Below, piece by piece: positions 1 through 9,154 of a stretch of DNA of 64,000 nt. The DNA is from Ruthenibacterium lactatiformans (GTDB lineage Bacteria; Actinomycetota; Coriobacteriia; Coriobacteriales; QAMH01). The number at the start of each line of letters is the position of its first letter. Positions within the stretch are counted from its first letter, which is position 1. The stretch lies in the NCBI GenBank assembly GCA_963614215.1, contig CAVECB010000001.1, positions 38,604 to 102,603 of the forward strand. The letters run 5' to 3'. The position numbers and the translations under genes are program-made. The notes below the pieces were generated by a model that saw only the letters and a program-made list of their open reading frames with translations, had not been told where the DNA came from and did not search any database.

Positions 1-838
1 TCAGGTCGCTTTCCTGCAAGGTGAAGTTGGCGGCCTTCGAGCCGTGCATGCCCGGCATCCCCAGGCACAGCTTGTGCCCTTCGGGAAAGCAACTCTTGCC
101 CATCAGGCTGACCACAACGGGGGTTTGCAGGGTCTCGGCCAGCGCGAGCAGCTCGTCTTCGGCGCCGCTTGCTATGACGCCGCCGCCCGCGTAGATGACG
201 GGGCGCTTGGCGCGCACGAGGCGCTTGGCCGCTTGGCGCACCTGCTTGGCATTGCCTTTCACCGTGGGCTTGTAGCTGTCCAGCTTCACCGTCTCGGGGT
301 AGCGGTAGGACACCCCCTGCTCTTTCACGAGGTTGCTGGGCAGGTCGATGACCACAGGCCCCGGGCGTCCGGTGCCGGCGATGTAGTAGGCCTCGGCGAT
401 GGTCTTGGGGATGTCGGCCGCGTCGTGCAGCAGGTAGCTGTGCTTGACGATGGGCAAGGTGATGCCCGTCATGTCGCTTTCCTGGAAGGCGTCGCTGCCC
501 AGGCTGGCCGCAGGCACCTGGCCGCAGATGACGACGATAGGCACCGAGTCCATGTAGGCCGTTGCGATGCCCGTGACCGTGTTCGTCGCGCCCGGCCCGC
601 TCGTGACCAGCACGGTCCCCACTTTGCCCGTGGAGCGCGCGTAGCCGTCGGCCGCATGCGCCGCCCCCTGCTCGTGGCGCACGAGTATGTGGTTCAGCTT
701 CTTGCTGTCGTAGAGCGCGTTGTAGATGTCGATTGCCTGGCCGCCGGGGTAGCCAAAGACCGTGTCGACGCCGACGTCTTCCAGCGCGGCGATGAGCGCT
801 TGGGCACCCGTCATCTTCTGTCCGTCGTGTTCGCTCAT
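1..838 (-). CDS. ilvB: acetolactate synthase large subunit (ThDP enzyme), N-terminal ~279 codons; gene continues past the left edge
   Basis: Absent from the ORF track because it has no stop inside the window. Hand translation of the - strand from ATG 836-838 gives MSEHDGQKMTGAQALIAALEDVGVDTVFGYPGGQAIDIYNAL...RHEQGAAHAADGYARSTGKVGTVLVTSGPGATN. GGAGG lies 5 nt upstream of the ATG. The gene sits directly upstream of ilvD on the same strand. The + ORF 44-859 is its antisense shadow. Confidence 0.8.
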   Translation of the reverse strand, partial: MSEHDGQKMTGAQALIAALEDVGVDTVFGYPGGQAIDIYNALYDSKKLNHILVRHEQGAAHAADGYARSTGKVGTVLVTSGPGATNTVTGIATAYMDSVPIVVICGQVPAASLGSDAFQESDMTGITLPIVKHSYLLHDAADIPKTIAEAYYIAGTGRPGPVVIDLPSNLVKEQGVSYRYPETVKLDSYKPTVKGNAKQVRQAAKRLVRAKRPVIYAGGGVIASGAEDELLALAETLQTPVVVSLMGKSCFPEGHKLCLGMPGMHGSKAANFTLQESDL

Positions 839-875
839 GCAAGCCTCCTTTCAGGGTAAAGGGTGTGTTCGTCGC

Positions 876-2600
876 CTAGTCCAAAATCGCGCCCGTGTCG
901 GCGCTTTTCACTAGCCTAGCGTAGCGCGCGAGCACGCCCGTCGTGTACTTGGGCGCCGGCGCCTTCCACGCGGCCCGGCGGCGTTCCAGCTCGGCTTCGT
1001 CCACGTGCAAGTTCACCTGCCCGCCCTCGATGTCGACCTCTATTTCGTCGCCTTCCTCGATGAAGGCGATCGGCCCTCCCGCCGCGGCCTCGGGGCTGAT
1101 GTGCCCGACGCAAGGGCCTTTGCTCGCGCCGGAGAAGCGTCCGTCGGTGATGAGCGCGACCGAGGTGGACAGCCCCATGCCGACGACATTGGCCGTCGGG
1201 GCCAACATCTCGCGCATGCCAGGCCCACCGGAAGGACCTTCGTAGCGGATGACGATGACGTCGCCCGGGTGTATCTCGCCGCCGAGGATGGCCGCGCAGG
1301 CGTCTTCCTCGCATTCGAACACGCGCGCAGGCCCGGTGTGGCGCATCATCTCGGGGGCGACCGCCGAGCGCTTCACCACTGCGCCCTTCGGCGCGAGGTT
1401 GCCGAACATGACCTTCAGGCCGCCTTGCTGGTCGTAGGCGTTTTCCTTCGTGCGCACTATCTCGCCGTCGGCCGGCGGGCAGGCGTCCAGCCATTCTTTC
1501 ATCGTGCCGTGGCAGGTGACGGCGCTTTCGTCGAGCGCGCCGATGCGTCCCAGCTCGCCCATGATGGCACTCACGCCGCCCACTGCGTTCAGGTCCTCGA
1601 TGTGCAGAGGACCGGCCGGCGCGATGCGCGTGAGGTTCGGGGTCTGCTCGCACACGTCCACCCAGTCGTTCATGTCGATGGGGCAACCGGCGGTGGCGGC
1701 GATGGCCGTCAGGTGCAGCATGGTGTTCGTGCTACCGCCGAAGGCCATGTCGAGCGCCATGCCGTTGCGTATGGCGGCCGGCGTGACGATGTCGCGTATC
1801 TTCAGGTCGCGGCGCACGAGGTCCACGACCGTCATGCCGGCGTGTTTTGCCAGCCGGTCGCGCTCGGAGTAGACGGCCGGCACGGTGCCGTTGCCCGGCA
1901 GCGCCAGGCCCAGGGCCTCGGACAGGCAGCAGATGGAGTTCGCGGTGAACATGCCGCTGCAGCTGCCGCAGGTGGGGCAGGCCGTGTGCTCGTAGAACTC
2001 GCAGTCCTCGCGCGTCATCGTGCCCGCCGTGACCTGGCCGACGGCGTCGAAGAGCGTGTTCAGATCCGTCTCCGTCACACGGTCGCGGTCGCGGCCGGCC
2101 AGCATCGGGCCACCCGAGACGAGCACGGTGGGCAGGTTCACCCGCAAGGCACCCATGATCATGCCGGGCACTATCTTGTCGCAGGCCGGAATCAAGACGA
2201 CGCCGTCGAAGGCGTGGCCGTTCACCGCGCACTCGACGGAATCGGCGATGGTTTCGCGGCTGGTCAGCGAGTAGCGCATGCCCTCGTGGTTCATGGCGAT
2301 GCCGTCGCACACGCCGATGGTGCCGAACTGAAACGGCGTGCCGCCCGCCATGTAGACACCGGCCTTCACGTCGTCGACGAGGCGCTGCAGGTGGTTGTGG
2401 CCAGGGATGATGTCGGCCTGGCTGGAGATGATGGCGATCAGCGGGCGGCCGTCGGCGATCTCTTCGTCGGTCTGGCCGTCGGCATACAGCAGGCTGCGGT
2501 GCGGCGCCCGCTCGAGCCCTTTCTTTATCTGGTCGCTGCGCAGCGCCTGCACGCCGCCCTGGCCGTTGCCGTTGCCGTTGCCCGTTTGTGCGTTGCCCAT
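876..2600 (-). CDS. ilvD: dihydroxy-acid dehydratase
   Basis: The ORF carries IlvD hallmarks: [47 protein letters not shown] and [11 protein letters not shown]. The start is uncertain. ATG 2598-2600 (AGGAAAGG upstream) is preferred, but the ORF extends to 2648. Confidence 0.9.
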   Translation of the reverse strand: MGNAQTGNGNGNGQGGVQALRSDQIKKGLERAPHRSLLYADGQTDEEIADGRPLIAIISSQADIIPGHNHLQRLVDDVKAGVYMAGGTPFQFGTIGVCDGIAMNHEGMRYSLTSRETIADSVECAVNGHAFDGVVLIPACDKIVPGMIMGALRVNLPTVLVSGGPMLAGRDRDRVTETDLNTLFDAVGQVTAGTMTREDCEFYEHTACPTCGSCSGMFTANSICCLSEALGLALPGNGTVPAVYSERDRLAKHAGMTVVDLVRRDLKIRDIVTPAAIRNGMALDMAFGGSTNTMLHLTAIAATAGCPIDMNDWVDVCEQTPNLTRIAPAGPLHIEDLNAVGGVSAIMGELGRIGALDESAVTCHGTMKEWLDACPPADGEIVRTKENAYDQQGGLKVMFGNLAPKGAVVKRSAVAPEMMRHTGPARVFECEEDACAAILGGEIHPGDVIVIRYEGPSGGPGMREMLAPTANVVGMGLSTSVALITDGRFSGASKGPCVGHISPEAAAGGPIAFIEEGDEIEVDIEGGQVNLHVDEAELERRRAAWKAPAPKYTTGVLARYARLVKSADTGAILD

Positions 2601-2802
2601 GGAAGTTCGCGCCTTTCCTTTCGATGTCGCCATCTGCTGTCCAGCCATGCGCGCAAGGGGCGCGAAGGTTGGTTGTGGAAGCCCGATTCTACGCTTCTTG
2701 TGCGCCGTGTCCGCGCTCGGTACTATCCTTGCTCGTGGACGTAACGCGGGTTTTTCGTTTCCCGCTTTTTCGCATTCTCAGACGTATCGACTGGAGGCAG
2801 AC

Positions 2803-4302
2803 ATGGACGCCGGTTTCGCAACTTTTCTCGTATCCCTTGCCGCTGCAGGCGCCGCTCTCGTGGCGGCGGTCGCGGCGATTGCCGCCTGCGCGCAGGTGAA
2901 GGCTCTCAAGTCCCGCGACGACACCGAGGCCGCCTTGGCCGACCTGCGAGAAGACCTCGCCGCCAAGATAGAGGAGAGCGCGCGCCTTTCCCAGGCCTTG
3001 GTAAAGGAGCGCTGCGACACTCTCGACGCCGCCTTGTCTGCCGACAATAGAAGGCTCGAGGAGAAGTTCGAGGCCTCGCGCCGCGAGAGTGCCGAGACGA
3101 CGCGCAAAAACAACGAGGCCGTGGGCGCCGAGCTGGAGAGGATGCGCGGGATCGTCGGCGAAAAGCTCACGCAGCGCCTGGCGGAGCAGTCCCGCGAGCT
3201 GCGCGATCACCTCGACAAATTTGACGGGCGCTTCGCCGGCTTCTCGAAGCAGATTCAAGGGTTCCAAGAGCAAATGACCAAGGGCTTGGGCGATGTGCAA
3301 AACACGGTCGGCGCCCAGCTGAAGGACATACGCGAAGACAACGGCAAACAGCTCGAGAAAATGCGCGAGACCGTCGACGAGAAACTTTCCAAGACTTTAA
3401 ACGAGAGGCTGAACTCGTCGTTTACCCGCGTGAGCGAGCAGCTGGAAGCCGTGCACAAGGGGCTGGGGGAGATGAAGAGCGTCGCCCAGGACGTCGGCGG
3501 CCTCAAGCGGGTGCTTTCCAACGTCAAGACGCGCGGGGTGCTGGGCGAGGTGCAGCTCGGCGCGATTTTGGGCGACATCCTCACCGCCAACCAATACGAT
3601 GAAAACGTCGCGACTAGGCCTGGCAGCCGCGAGCGCGTCGAGTTCGCGGTGAAGATCCCCGTCGAGGACGGCTTCATCTACCTCCCCATCGACGCGAAGT
3701 TTCCCGGTGAGGCCTACGACCAGCTGCAGGTTGCGCTGGAGACAGGCGACAAGGCCGCGGTCGACGCCGCGCGCAAGACGCTCGAGCGGCGCATCGAAGG
3801 CGAGGCGAAAGACATCAGCAGCAAGTACATCTCCGTGCCGCAGACGACAAACTTCGCAATTATGTTTCTGCCCTTTGAGGGGCTGTATGCCGAGGTGGTC
3901 AGCCGCCCGGGGCTGATCGAGCACCTGCAGCGCGACTACAAGGTCAACGTCGCCGGGCCTTCGACGATGGCGGCGATACTCAACAGCTTGCAGATGAGCT
4001 ACCAGACACTGGCTCTGCAAAAGCGTGCCGACGAGATTGCGCAGATACTCTCGGCGGTCAAGGCCGAATTCCCCAAGTACCAAAAGGAGCTCGACCGGGC
4101 GCTCAAGCAGATCAACACGGCGGGCAAGACCGTGGAGGGGATCATCACCACGCGCACCCGGGTCATTTCGCGCAAGCTCGACGGCGTGGCGGACATGCAA
4201 GACCCGCAGGCCGCCGAGAGGCTGCTGGGCATCGGCGAGGGTGCCGACGCCGGAGCTGGCGACGAGCCCATCCCGACCGACGCCGTCGTCGACGACGCAT
4301 AA
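2803..4302 (+). CDS. rmuC: DNA recombination protein RmuC
   Basis: ORF 2395-4302 trimmed to ATG 2803 (MDAGFATFLVSLAAAG, an N-terminal TM helix). A long coiled coil is followed by an RmuC-type C-terminal domain (TRGVLGEVQLGAILGDIL, YLPIDAKFP, NFAIMFLPFEGLYAEV). Confidence 0.85.
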   Translation: MDAGFATFLVSLAAAGAALVAAVAAIAACAQVKALKSRDDTEAALADLREDLAAKIEESARLSQALVKERCDTLDAALSADNRRLEEKFEASRRESAETTRKNNEAVGAELERMRGIVGEKLTQRLAEQSRELRDHLDKFDGRFAGFSKQIQGFQEQMTKGLGDVQNTVGAQLKDIREDNGKQLEKMRETVDEKLSKTLNERLNSSFTRVSEQLEAVHKGLGEMKSVAQDVGGLKRVLSNVKTRGVLGEVQLGAILGDILTANQYDENVATRPGSRERVEFAVKIPVEDGFIYLPIDAKFPGEAYDQLQVALETGDKAAVDAARKTLERRIEGEAKDISSKYISVPQTTNFAIMFLPFEGLYAEVVSRPGLIEHLQRDYKVNVAGPSTMAAILNSLQMSYQTLALQKRADEIAQILSAVKAEFPKYQKELDRALKQINTAGKTVEGIITTRTRVISRKLDGVADMQDPQAAERLLGIGEGADAGAGDEPIPTDAVVDDA

Positions 4303-4329
4303 GGCCCCAAGCCCCGTCTGGCCGCCTTT

Positions 4330-4357
4330 CAAGCGTAAATTTTTGCGCTTGATTTTG
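4330..4357 (+). terminator. candidate intrinsic terminator after rmuC
   Basis: A CAAGCG-N10-CGCTTG hairpin is followed by ATTTTG. The stem is weak. It is embedded in short direct repeats arranged A-B-B-A (TTTCAAGCGTAAA at 4327 and 4365; TTTTGCGCT at 4341 and 4353). Confidence 0.3.
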
Positions 4358-4495
4358 CGCTCGATTTCAAGCGTAAACGCAATGGCGAATGCATGTTGTT
4401 CCTCGATACCACCCAAAAGCCCAAGTCGCGGAATCTCGGCATTCATTCATCAGCAGGAAGATATCTCCATGCGCCCACCAGCGCGAATCCACCGA

Positions 4496-4864
4496 TTAGA
4501 GGCCGCGAATCTGCGCCTGCACCTGCTTGTCGAAACTTGCCACCGGCTCGCCTTTGCACGCGTGGCGGGCGACGAGCAGGCAGTCGACGAAATCCATGTT
4601 CACCGTTTCGTACAGATTGAATGCGGTAAGAAGCATTTCGGGGTCGTAGAAGTACATGTAGTCGAGCAGGCGCCTGAACGCCGTGCATATTTCGGAGCGC
4701 GGGCGCTCATAGACGCCGGAGAGGACGTACACGACCTCTGCCAGCACCTCGGGGTAGGTATAGCAATCGCCTTCCTCTTCGATGAGGCGGCGCGCTTTTT
4801 CTGCGGCATCGCCACCGTCCCCCACGAGATAGCGCAAGATGATGTTGGCATCGAGCAGGTGCAT
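4496..4864 (-). CDS. PIN-domain toxin (VapC-like) of a type II TA pair
   Basis: ORF trimmed to ATG 4862-4864 (MHLLDANIILRYL). The PIN acidic residues occur in the expected order (LLDAN, PEVLAEV, MDFVDCLL, SFD). The gene starts 4 nt after the antitoxin stop. Confidence 0.8.
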   Translation of the reverse strand: MHLLDANIILRYLVGDGGDAAEKARRLIEEEGDCYTYPEVLAEVVYVLSGVYERPRSEICTAFRRLLDYMYFYDPEMLLTAFNLYETVNMDFVDCLLVARHACKGEPVASFDKQVQAQIRGL

Positions 4865-4868
4865 TGGC

Positions 4869-5207
4869 TCAAGCCTCTTCGAGGGATGCGTGTTTTTTGC
4901 AGGCGGCACGGCTCCACGCCCCTTTTTCCTGCGCGCGCCTGCTCTCGGAAGCGTGCGCGGCAAACATCGCGAACGCGGAAGCGGCGTTTTCCTCCGCTGC
5001 GAGCATGGGCATCTTTCGCGGGACGCTGTGCGAGGCGTCTTCAGCGCGGCGACCCACCTGAAACGGCATCCTTTGCTCGCGCACGCTTTGGCGGGCGAAT
5101 ATGCGCACCGCCTCGGGCAATGAAGTACCCAAATCGCAAAACAGCGCTTCTGCCTGTCGCTTCAGCCCCGCGTCCATGCGCACCTGCAATGTCGCTTCCT
5201 TTGCCAT
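4869..5207 (-). CDS. RelB/DinJ-family antitoxin
   Basis: MAKEATLQVRMDAGLKRQAEALFCDLGTSLPEAVRIFARQSV matches the RelB/DinJ ribbon-helix-helix N-terminus. GGAGGTAGAGGAG lies upstream of the ATG. The gene is operonic with the PIN gene. Confidence 0.8.
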   Translation of the reverse strand: MAKEATLQVRMDAGLKRQAEALFCDLGTSLPEAVRIFARQSVREQRMPFQVGRRAEDASHSVPRKMPMLAAEENAASAFAMFAAHASESRRAQEKGAWSRAACKKHASLEEA

Positions 5208-5232
5208 GGCTCCTCTACCTCCAAGAGTTGCG

Positions 5233-5265
5233 ATTGCAATACAATCGTACTACATTTGCAATGTA
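5233..5265 (-). promoter_or_regulatory. candidate operator palindromes upstream of the DinJ-like gene
   Basis: An ATTGCAAT palindrome (5233-5240) and a TACATTTGCAATGTA near-palindrome (5251-5265) lie 25-60 nt upstream of the antitoxin start. TA antitoxins typically autoregulate through sites like these. Confidence 0.3.
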
Positions 5266-5348
5266 TTCGGAAGGGTATTCTTTAGCCAGAGCGCCCTCTG
5301 CCGGCGCGGTTTTTTCAGTGCAAGCAGGCTTTGCTGCAGCGGCTTCTT

Positions 5349-6524
5349 TCAGCCCGGCTGTTCACCCACCTCGAGCAAGTATTCCCCGAGCGAAGCGGCG
5401 CGGCAATTGGAGGCGTTGTAGCTGTGCTCGACGTCGAGCAGGACGGCCCGGCTTTCCGGGGGGACGCCGAGAGACTCGGCGGTGGAGAGCAGGGAACGGG
5501 CGTAGCTTTCCCGGTACATGCCCGACGCCTTCACCTCGTAGGCGCGCTTGTCGTCTTGCTGGGTGAAGTCGAGCAGGTCGATCTCGATCTTCGAGTCGTC
5601 TCGATAGAAGTAGAGCTCGGGGTCTTCTCCCGCGTTCAGGTGCCCCTTCAGGGTCTCTGCCACCACGAGGTTTTCGATGACGGCGCCCTTGCGCGGGTGA
5701 GTTTTCAACTCGTCGACTGACTTTATCCCCATCAAGTGGCACAGCAGGCCGGTGTCGTGGAAATAGAGCTTCGGCGTCTTCGTCAGGCGCTTTTTCGCGC
5801 TGGCGTGATAGGGCAGCAGCCGGAAGGCGACGTAGCTGCTCTCGAGCATGGACAGCCAGGATTTGGCGGTGTTAAACGTTATGCCGCAGTCTTTCGCCAG
5901 CTTCGAGAGATTCAGCAGATTGCCCGCCTGCCACGCGCAGCTTTTGAGCATGCGCTCGTAGTCCGCCAGGCGCCGCACGTCGAGAAAGCCCTCGACATCG
6001 CGCTCCAGATAGGTGCGGACGTAGTTCCTGTAGTAGGTGGGTGCGGGTATCTTCGAGTTGTATATGCGCGGGTAGCCCCCGCTGAAGGCGAAATCGTAGA
6101 GGCTCGTGGCCGTCCCGTTGTGCGCGAGCTCCGCAAAGCTGAGGGGCAGAAGGTCGATGTAGGCGCAGCGCCCCGCGAGGCTTTGCCGTATCTTGCTGCT
6201 GAGGAGGAAGTTCTGCGACCCCGAGAGGATGTATTGGCCGGGTTCGCCCGCCTCGTCGCTTGCCACCTGGATGGCGGAGAAAAGCCCGGGCGCCAGCTGA
6301 GCCTCGTCGATGACGAGCCTGCGGGGGCGGTTCTCGATGAAGCTCTGGGGGTCGTCGCGTGCTTGGGTGAGCAGGGGGGCGCGCTCCAAGTTGACGTATT
6401 CGTAGTCGGGAAAGGCCGCTTTGGCCAGGGTCGTCTTGCCGCTTTGGCGCGGGCCTGTGATGGCGAGCACGGGAAACCACGCGGCGAGCTGCAGCGCGTG
6501 TTTGCGTGCGATTCGGTCGATCAT
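5349..6524 (-). CDS. AAA+ ATPase with DUF4143-type C-terminal region (COG1373-like), function unknown
   Basis: Walker A is GPRQSGKTT and Walker B is LVIDEAQ. The overall layout matches the AAA_14 + DUF4143 family as I remember it. ATG 6522-6524 has AGGA 6 nt upstream. The longer ORF reaching 6620 would read through the repeat array. Confidence 0.75.
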   Translation of the reverse strand: MIDRIARKHALQLAAWFPVLAITGPRQSGKTTLAKAAFPDYEYVNLERAPLLTQARDDPQSFIENRPRRLVIDEAQLAPGLFSAIQVASDEAGEPGQYILSGSQNFLLSSKIRQSLAGRCAYIDLLPLSFAELAHNGTATSLYDFAFSGGYPRIYNSKIPAPTYYRNYVRTYLERDVEGFLDVRRLADYERMLKSCAWQAGNLLNLSKLAKDCGITFNTAKSWLSMLESSYVAFRLLPYHASAKKRLTKTPKLYFHDTGLLCHLMGIKSVDELKTHPRKGAVIENLVVAETLKGHLNAGEDPELYFYRDDSKIEIDLLDFTQQDDKRAYEVKASGMYRESYARSLLSTAESLGVPPESRAVLLDVEHSYNASNCRAASLGEYLLEVGEQPG

Positions 6525-6570
6525 AGCGTTCCTCGCGTTTCGGGCGGGCGGTTTTTGGCGTGGGGAAATA

Positions 6571-6656
6571 CCACGATTCGTCAGTAGAGAGTACCATAAT
6601 TCATCAGTAGAAAATGCCATAATTCATCAGTAGCACGTACCATAATTCATCAGTAG
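6571..6656 (-). repeat. four phased 23-bp direct repeats (iteron/operator-like) upstream of the ATPase gene
   Basis: The - strand 17-mer CTACTGATGAATTATGG occurs at 6656-6640, 6633-6617 and 6610-6594. A degenerate copy, CTACTGACGAATCGTGG, lies at 6587-6571. The period is exactly 23 bp and the 6-nt spacers are not conserved. Confidence 0.9.
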
Positions 6657-6762
6657 GAAGAGGCGATGATTGGCGCACGCAGGCATTGACCTTAAATTTT
6701 TCCACGGATACTGTGCTTTTCGCGGGTGGGCGACGTGACGCGACGCTCGCGTGCCACTTCGA

Positions 6763-6791
6763 TTGACGTACGCTTTTGCGTATGCTAGTTT
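6763..6791 (+). promoter_or_regulatory. candidate promoter/operator of the Phd-YoeB operon
   Basis: TTGACG (6763) - N17 - TAGTTT (6786) overlaps the near-palindrome CGTACGC-TTTT-GCGTATG (6767-6784), about 55 nt upstream of the antitoxin ATG. Confidence 0.3.
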
Positions 6792-6841
6792 GGGGTCACT
6801 TGGAAACGCGGTGACAGTCCGCACACGCGAGGAGGATTCCC

Positions 6842-7093
6842 ATGACTTCGATAACGGCGACGGCGGCGCGCAAGGACATCTACAACCTCATCGCGAGCGT
6901 CAACGAGAACTGCGCCCCGGTGACCATCACCAACAACAGGGGCAAAAACGCGGTTCTCGTCAGCGAGGAGGAGTGGTTGGCCATCGAGGAGACGCTGTAC
7001 CTCAACAGCATCCCGGGGATGGCTGAATCGATTATCGAGGGCGGGAAAACGCCGCATTCTGAGTGTGTCGGCAAAGAAGCCTTGAGGTGGTGA
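6842..7093 (+). CDS. Phd/YefM-family antitoxin
   Basis: MTSITATAARKDIYNLIASVNENCAPVTITNNRGKNAVLVSEEEWLAIEETLYL is a typical Phd/YefM fold sequence. GAGGAGG lies upstream. The stop is 2 nt before the toxin ATG. Confidence 0.85.
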   Translation: MTSITATAARKDIYNLIASVNENCAPVTITNNRGKNAVLVSEEEWLAIEETLYLNSIPGMAESIIEGGKTPHSECVGKEALRW

Positions 7094-7095
7094 AG

Positions 7096-7392
7096 ATGTG
7101 GTACGTCGAATTCACCAAACAGGCCATCAAAGATGCGAGAAAGCTTGAGGCCGCAGGCTTTGGCGCAAAGGCGAAAGCTCTTGCCGAGACGGTGGAGTCC
7201 GACCCGTTTGCCGTACCGCCCGCGTACGAGGCGCTCGCCGGCAACCTGAACGGCTTCTATTCCCGCAGGATCAGTCGGCAACACAGATTCGTGTATCAGG
7301 TGATTCAAGAACCTTGTGAAGAAGGTGGCCGCAACTACGATGGCACAATAAAGGTCGTTAGTATGTGGACGTGCTACGAGAACGCCCGATAA
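7096..7392 (+). CDS. YoeB/Txe-family toxin
   Basis: ORF 7063-7392 trimmed to ATG 7096 (MWYVEFTKQAIKDARKL...). The segment FYSRRISRQHRFVYQV resembles the YoeB/Txe core SRRI..EHRLVY. The gene is translationally coupled to the Phd-like gene. Confidence 0.75.
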   Translation: MWYVEFTKQAIKDARKLEAAGFGAKAKALAETVESDPFAVPPAYEALAGNLNGFYSRRISRQHRFVYQVIQEPCEEGGRNYDGTIKVVSMWTCYENAR

Positions 7393-7576
7393 CCCGCAAC
7401 CGGCTCATCACGACACAAAAACGTAGGCGGTTGCAGTCAAACGTCCTCAACTCGAATCTCCTTCATGCGCGATGTATCTGCATCATTTTACCTTCAAATG
7501 ACGTAGATTCCGCGTGAATGATGGAGATAGGATGCCCCGGCGTTCGACGTTCAAAGCGCGGGGCCGCCCGGGGTGT

Positions 7577-8965
7577 TTATGCGGCGCAGGCGGCGCAGTT
7601 CGTCTCGTCGCCGAAAAGCAGCTGGGCCTCCGGGCCGGACAGTGCGTCGCGCGCCTGGTCGCGCAGATTGTTCATCCCCGAGAGGAACTGGCGATACAGC
7701 ACCAGCACGAGGTAGCGGCCGCGCTGCGTCAACTCCAAGGCGTCGCCGTCGCCCGCGTCGCCACCGCCGCCATGTGCCCCCGCGCCCTTGCCGCTTTTAC
7801 TGCCCGCAAAGGCGCCGTGCGCACGCATGTAGGCCATCTCCATGGGCAGGCCAGCCTCCACGCTGCAGCCGAACTCGCGCTTGAACTCGGTCTTGCTGAA
7901 ATCCAGCTGGTAGAGCTTGCGCAGGAAGTGGTAGCGCATCAGGTCGCGCTTGCCCATGACGCATTTGCCCATGATGGACATGTGCCCGGCCTCGATGTGC
8001 GCGTTGTACTCCTCCAGGCTGAAGGTGTTCACGTAGACCGCGCCGTCCAGATGCGAGATCGACCCGCTGCCGATGCCGGGGTACTCGTTGTAGGCCACCT
8101 GCATCTCCTCGGCGTGCAGCTCGCCGCGGCGCCTGCCCGTCTCGTCGAGTCTGTTGAAGGTCCACACCGTGTCGCGCCCGAAGCGCGGGTGCGCCCCGCC
8201 GGCCAGCGTGTCGTCGAGTATGCGGTAGAAGGCAAACTCGCGGTCGTAGTCCACCCTGCCCAGCGCCTCTTCCATTTTGCGCGTCGTGGCGGTGGACACG
8301 TACAGCGGGCTGAAGGTGACCTGTCGTGCCCCGCAGTCGACGATTTTCTCCAGGTCGCGCCGCAAGATCTCCTCGGTTTGGCTGGGAAAGTTGAAGATCA
8401 TGTCCACGTTCAGCGAGTCGAAATGCTTTGCCGCCTCGCCGATGCGCTCGAAAATCTGCTCGCCGCTGCCGTACTTCTTCAGGCGATCCATTTGCGCGAG
8501 CAGCCCGTCGTCGAAGCTTTGCACGCCCACGCTCAGGCGCTGCACGCGGCCCTCCAGCCCGGACAGCCACGGTTCCACGAGGTGGTTGGGGTTGGTCTCG
8601 ACGCCCACTTCCTTCAAGTCGAAATGCGCGCGCGCCACATCGATGGTCTCGCACAGCTCGTCGAGCAAGATGGTGGGCGTGCCGCCGCCGAAGTACAGCG
8701 ACTCGAAGCTCCAACCGCGCTCGGCGAGCATCATCATCTCGGCGCGCAGGTTTTTGAAGTAGCGCCGCGCGAGGTCCTCGCGGTAGACGTAGCGGTTGAA
8801 GCTGCAGTAGGGGCAGAGCACTTGGCAGAATGGAACATGCAGGTAGAGCATGTAGTTTTCGCCCTCGTGCGGGGCGGGGAAGAACTGCTCTTCGGTCGGG
8901 CGCAGATCCAGGTGCGCTTTCGACATCCTCTTCACCACGTCGGTGAGGAAACGTTGTGCGAGCAA
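7577..8965 (-). CDS. radical SAM protein, HemN/HemW (coproporphyrinogen-III oxidase-like) family
   Basis: CQVLCPYC is a CxxxCxxC cluster motif, followed by SLYFGGGTP. The start is ambiguous: TTG 8963-8965 is preceded by GGAGG at 8 nt, and ATG 8924-8926 is the alternative. The ORF extends to 9106. Confidence 0.75.
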   Translation of the reverse strand: MLAQRFLTDVVKRMSKAHLDLRPTEEQFFPAPHEGENYMLYLHVPFCQVLCPYCSFNRYVYREDLARRYFKNLRAEMMMLAERGWSFESLYFGGGTPTILLDELCETIDVARAHFDLKEVGVETNPNHLVEPWLSGLEGRVQRLSVGVQSFDDGLLAQMDRLKKYGSGEQIFERIGEAAKHFDSLNVDMIFNFPSQTEEILRRDLEKIVDCGARQVTFSPLYVSTATTRKMEEALGRVDYDREFAFYRILDDTLAGGAHPRFGRDTVWTFNRLDETGRRRGELHAEEMQVAYNEYPGIGSGSISHLDGAVYVNTFSLEEYNAHIEAGHMSIMGKCVMGKRDLMRYHFLRKLYQLDFSKTEFKREFGCSVEAGLPMEMAYMRAHGAFAGSKSGKGAGAHGGGGDAGDGDALELTQRGRYLVLVLYRQFLSGMNNLRDQARDALSGPEAQLLFGDETNCAACAA

Positions 8966-9154
8966 AGGGCCGCCCTCCAAATATGCACGGGAATATAGCG
9001 CGAGGCATACTAGCAGCACTTGCGCGTTTTGTGCCTCGCAACGAGATAAAAGCGGGGAAAGAGCGTGGATGTTGAAGGGGAGGCGGGCCGGCACAAGCGC
9101 CCGCAAACGCGCCAGGAGAGCCTTTGGGGCGCTCCGTTTGCGCTGGCAGCTGCC

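Noticed and set aside
44-859. A 271-aa + strand ORF at the left edge.
   Set aside because: It is the antisense shadow of ilvB. Its composition is Arg/Ala/Gly/His-rich, whereas the - strand gives a clean acetolactate synthase N-terminus with an RBS.
6602-6650. Three overlapping heptapeptide mini-ORFs (MNYGTCY, MNYGIFY, MNYGTLY) read as tandem small-peptide genes.
   Set aside because: No Shine-Dalgarno precedes the first ATG. The conserved-box/free-spacer pattern is explained more simply as DNA-binding sites. The mini-ORFs are kept only as a note inside the repeat finding.
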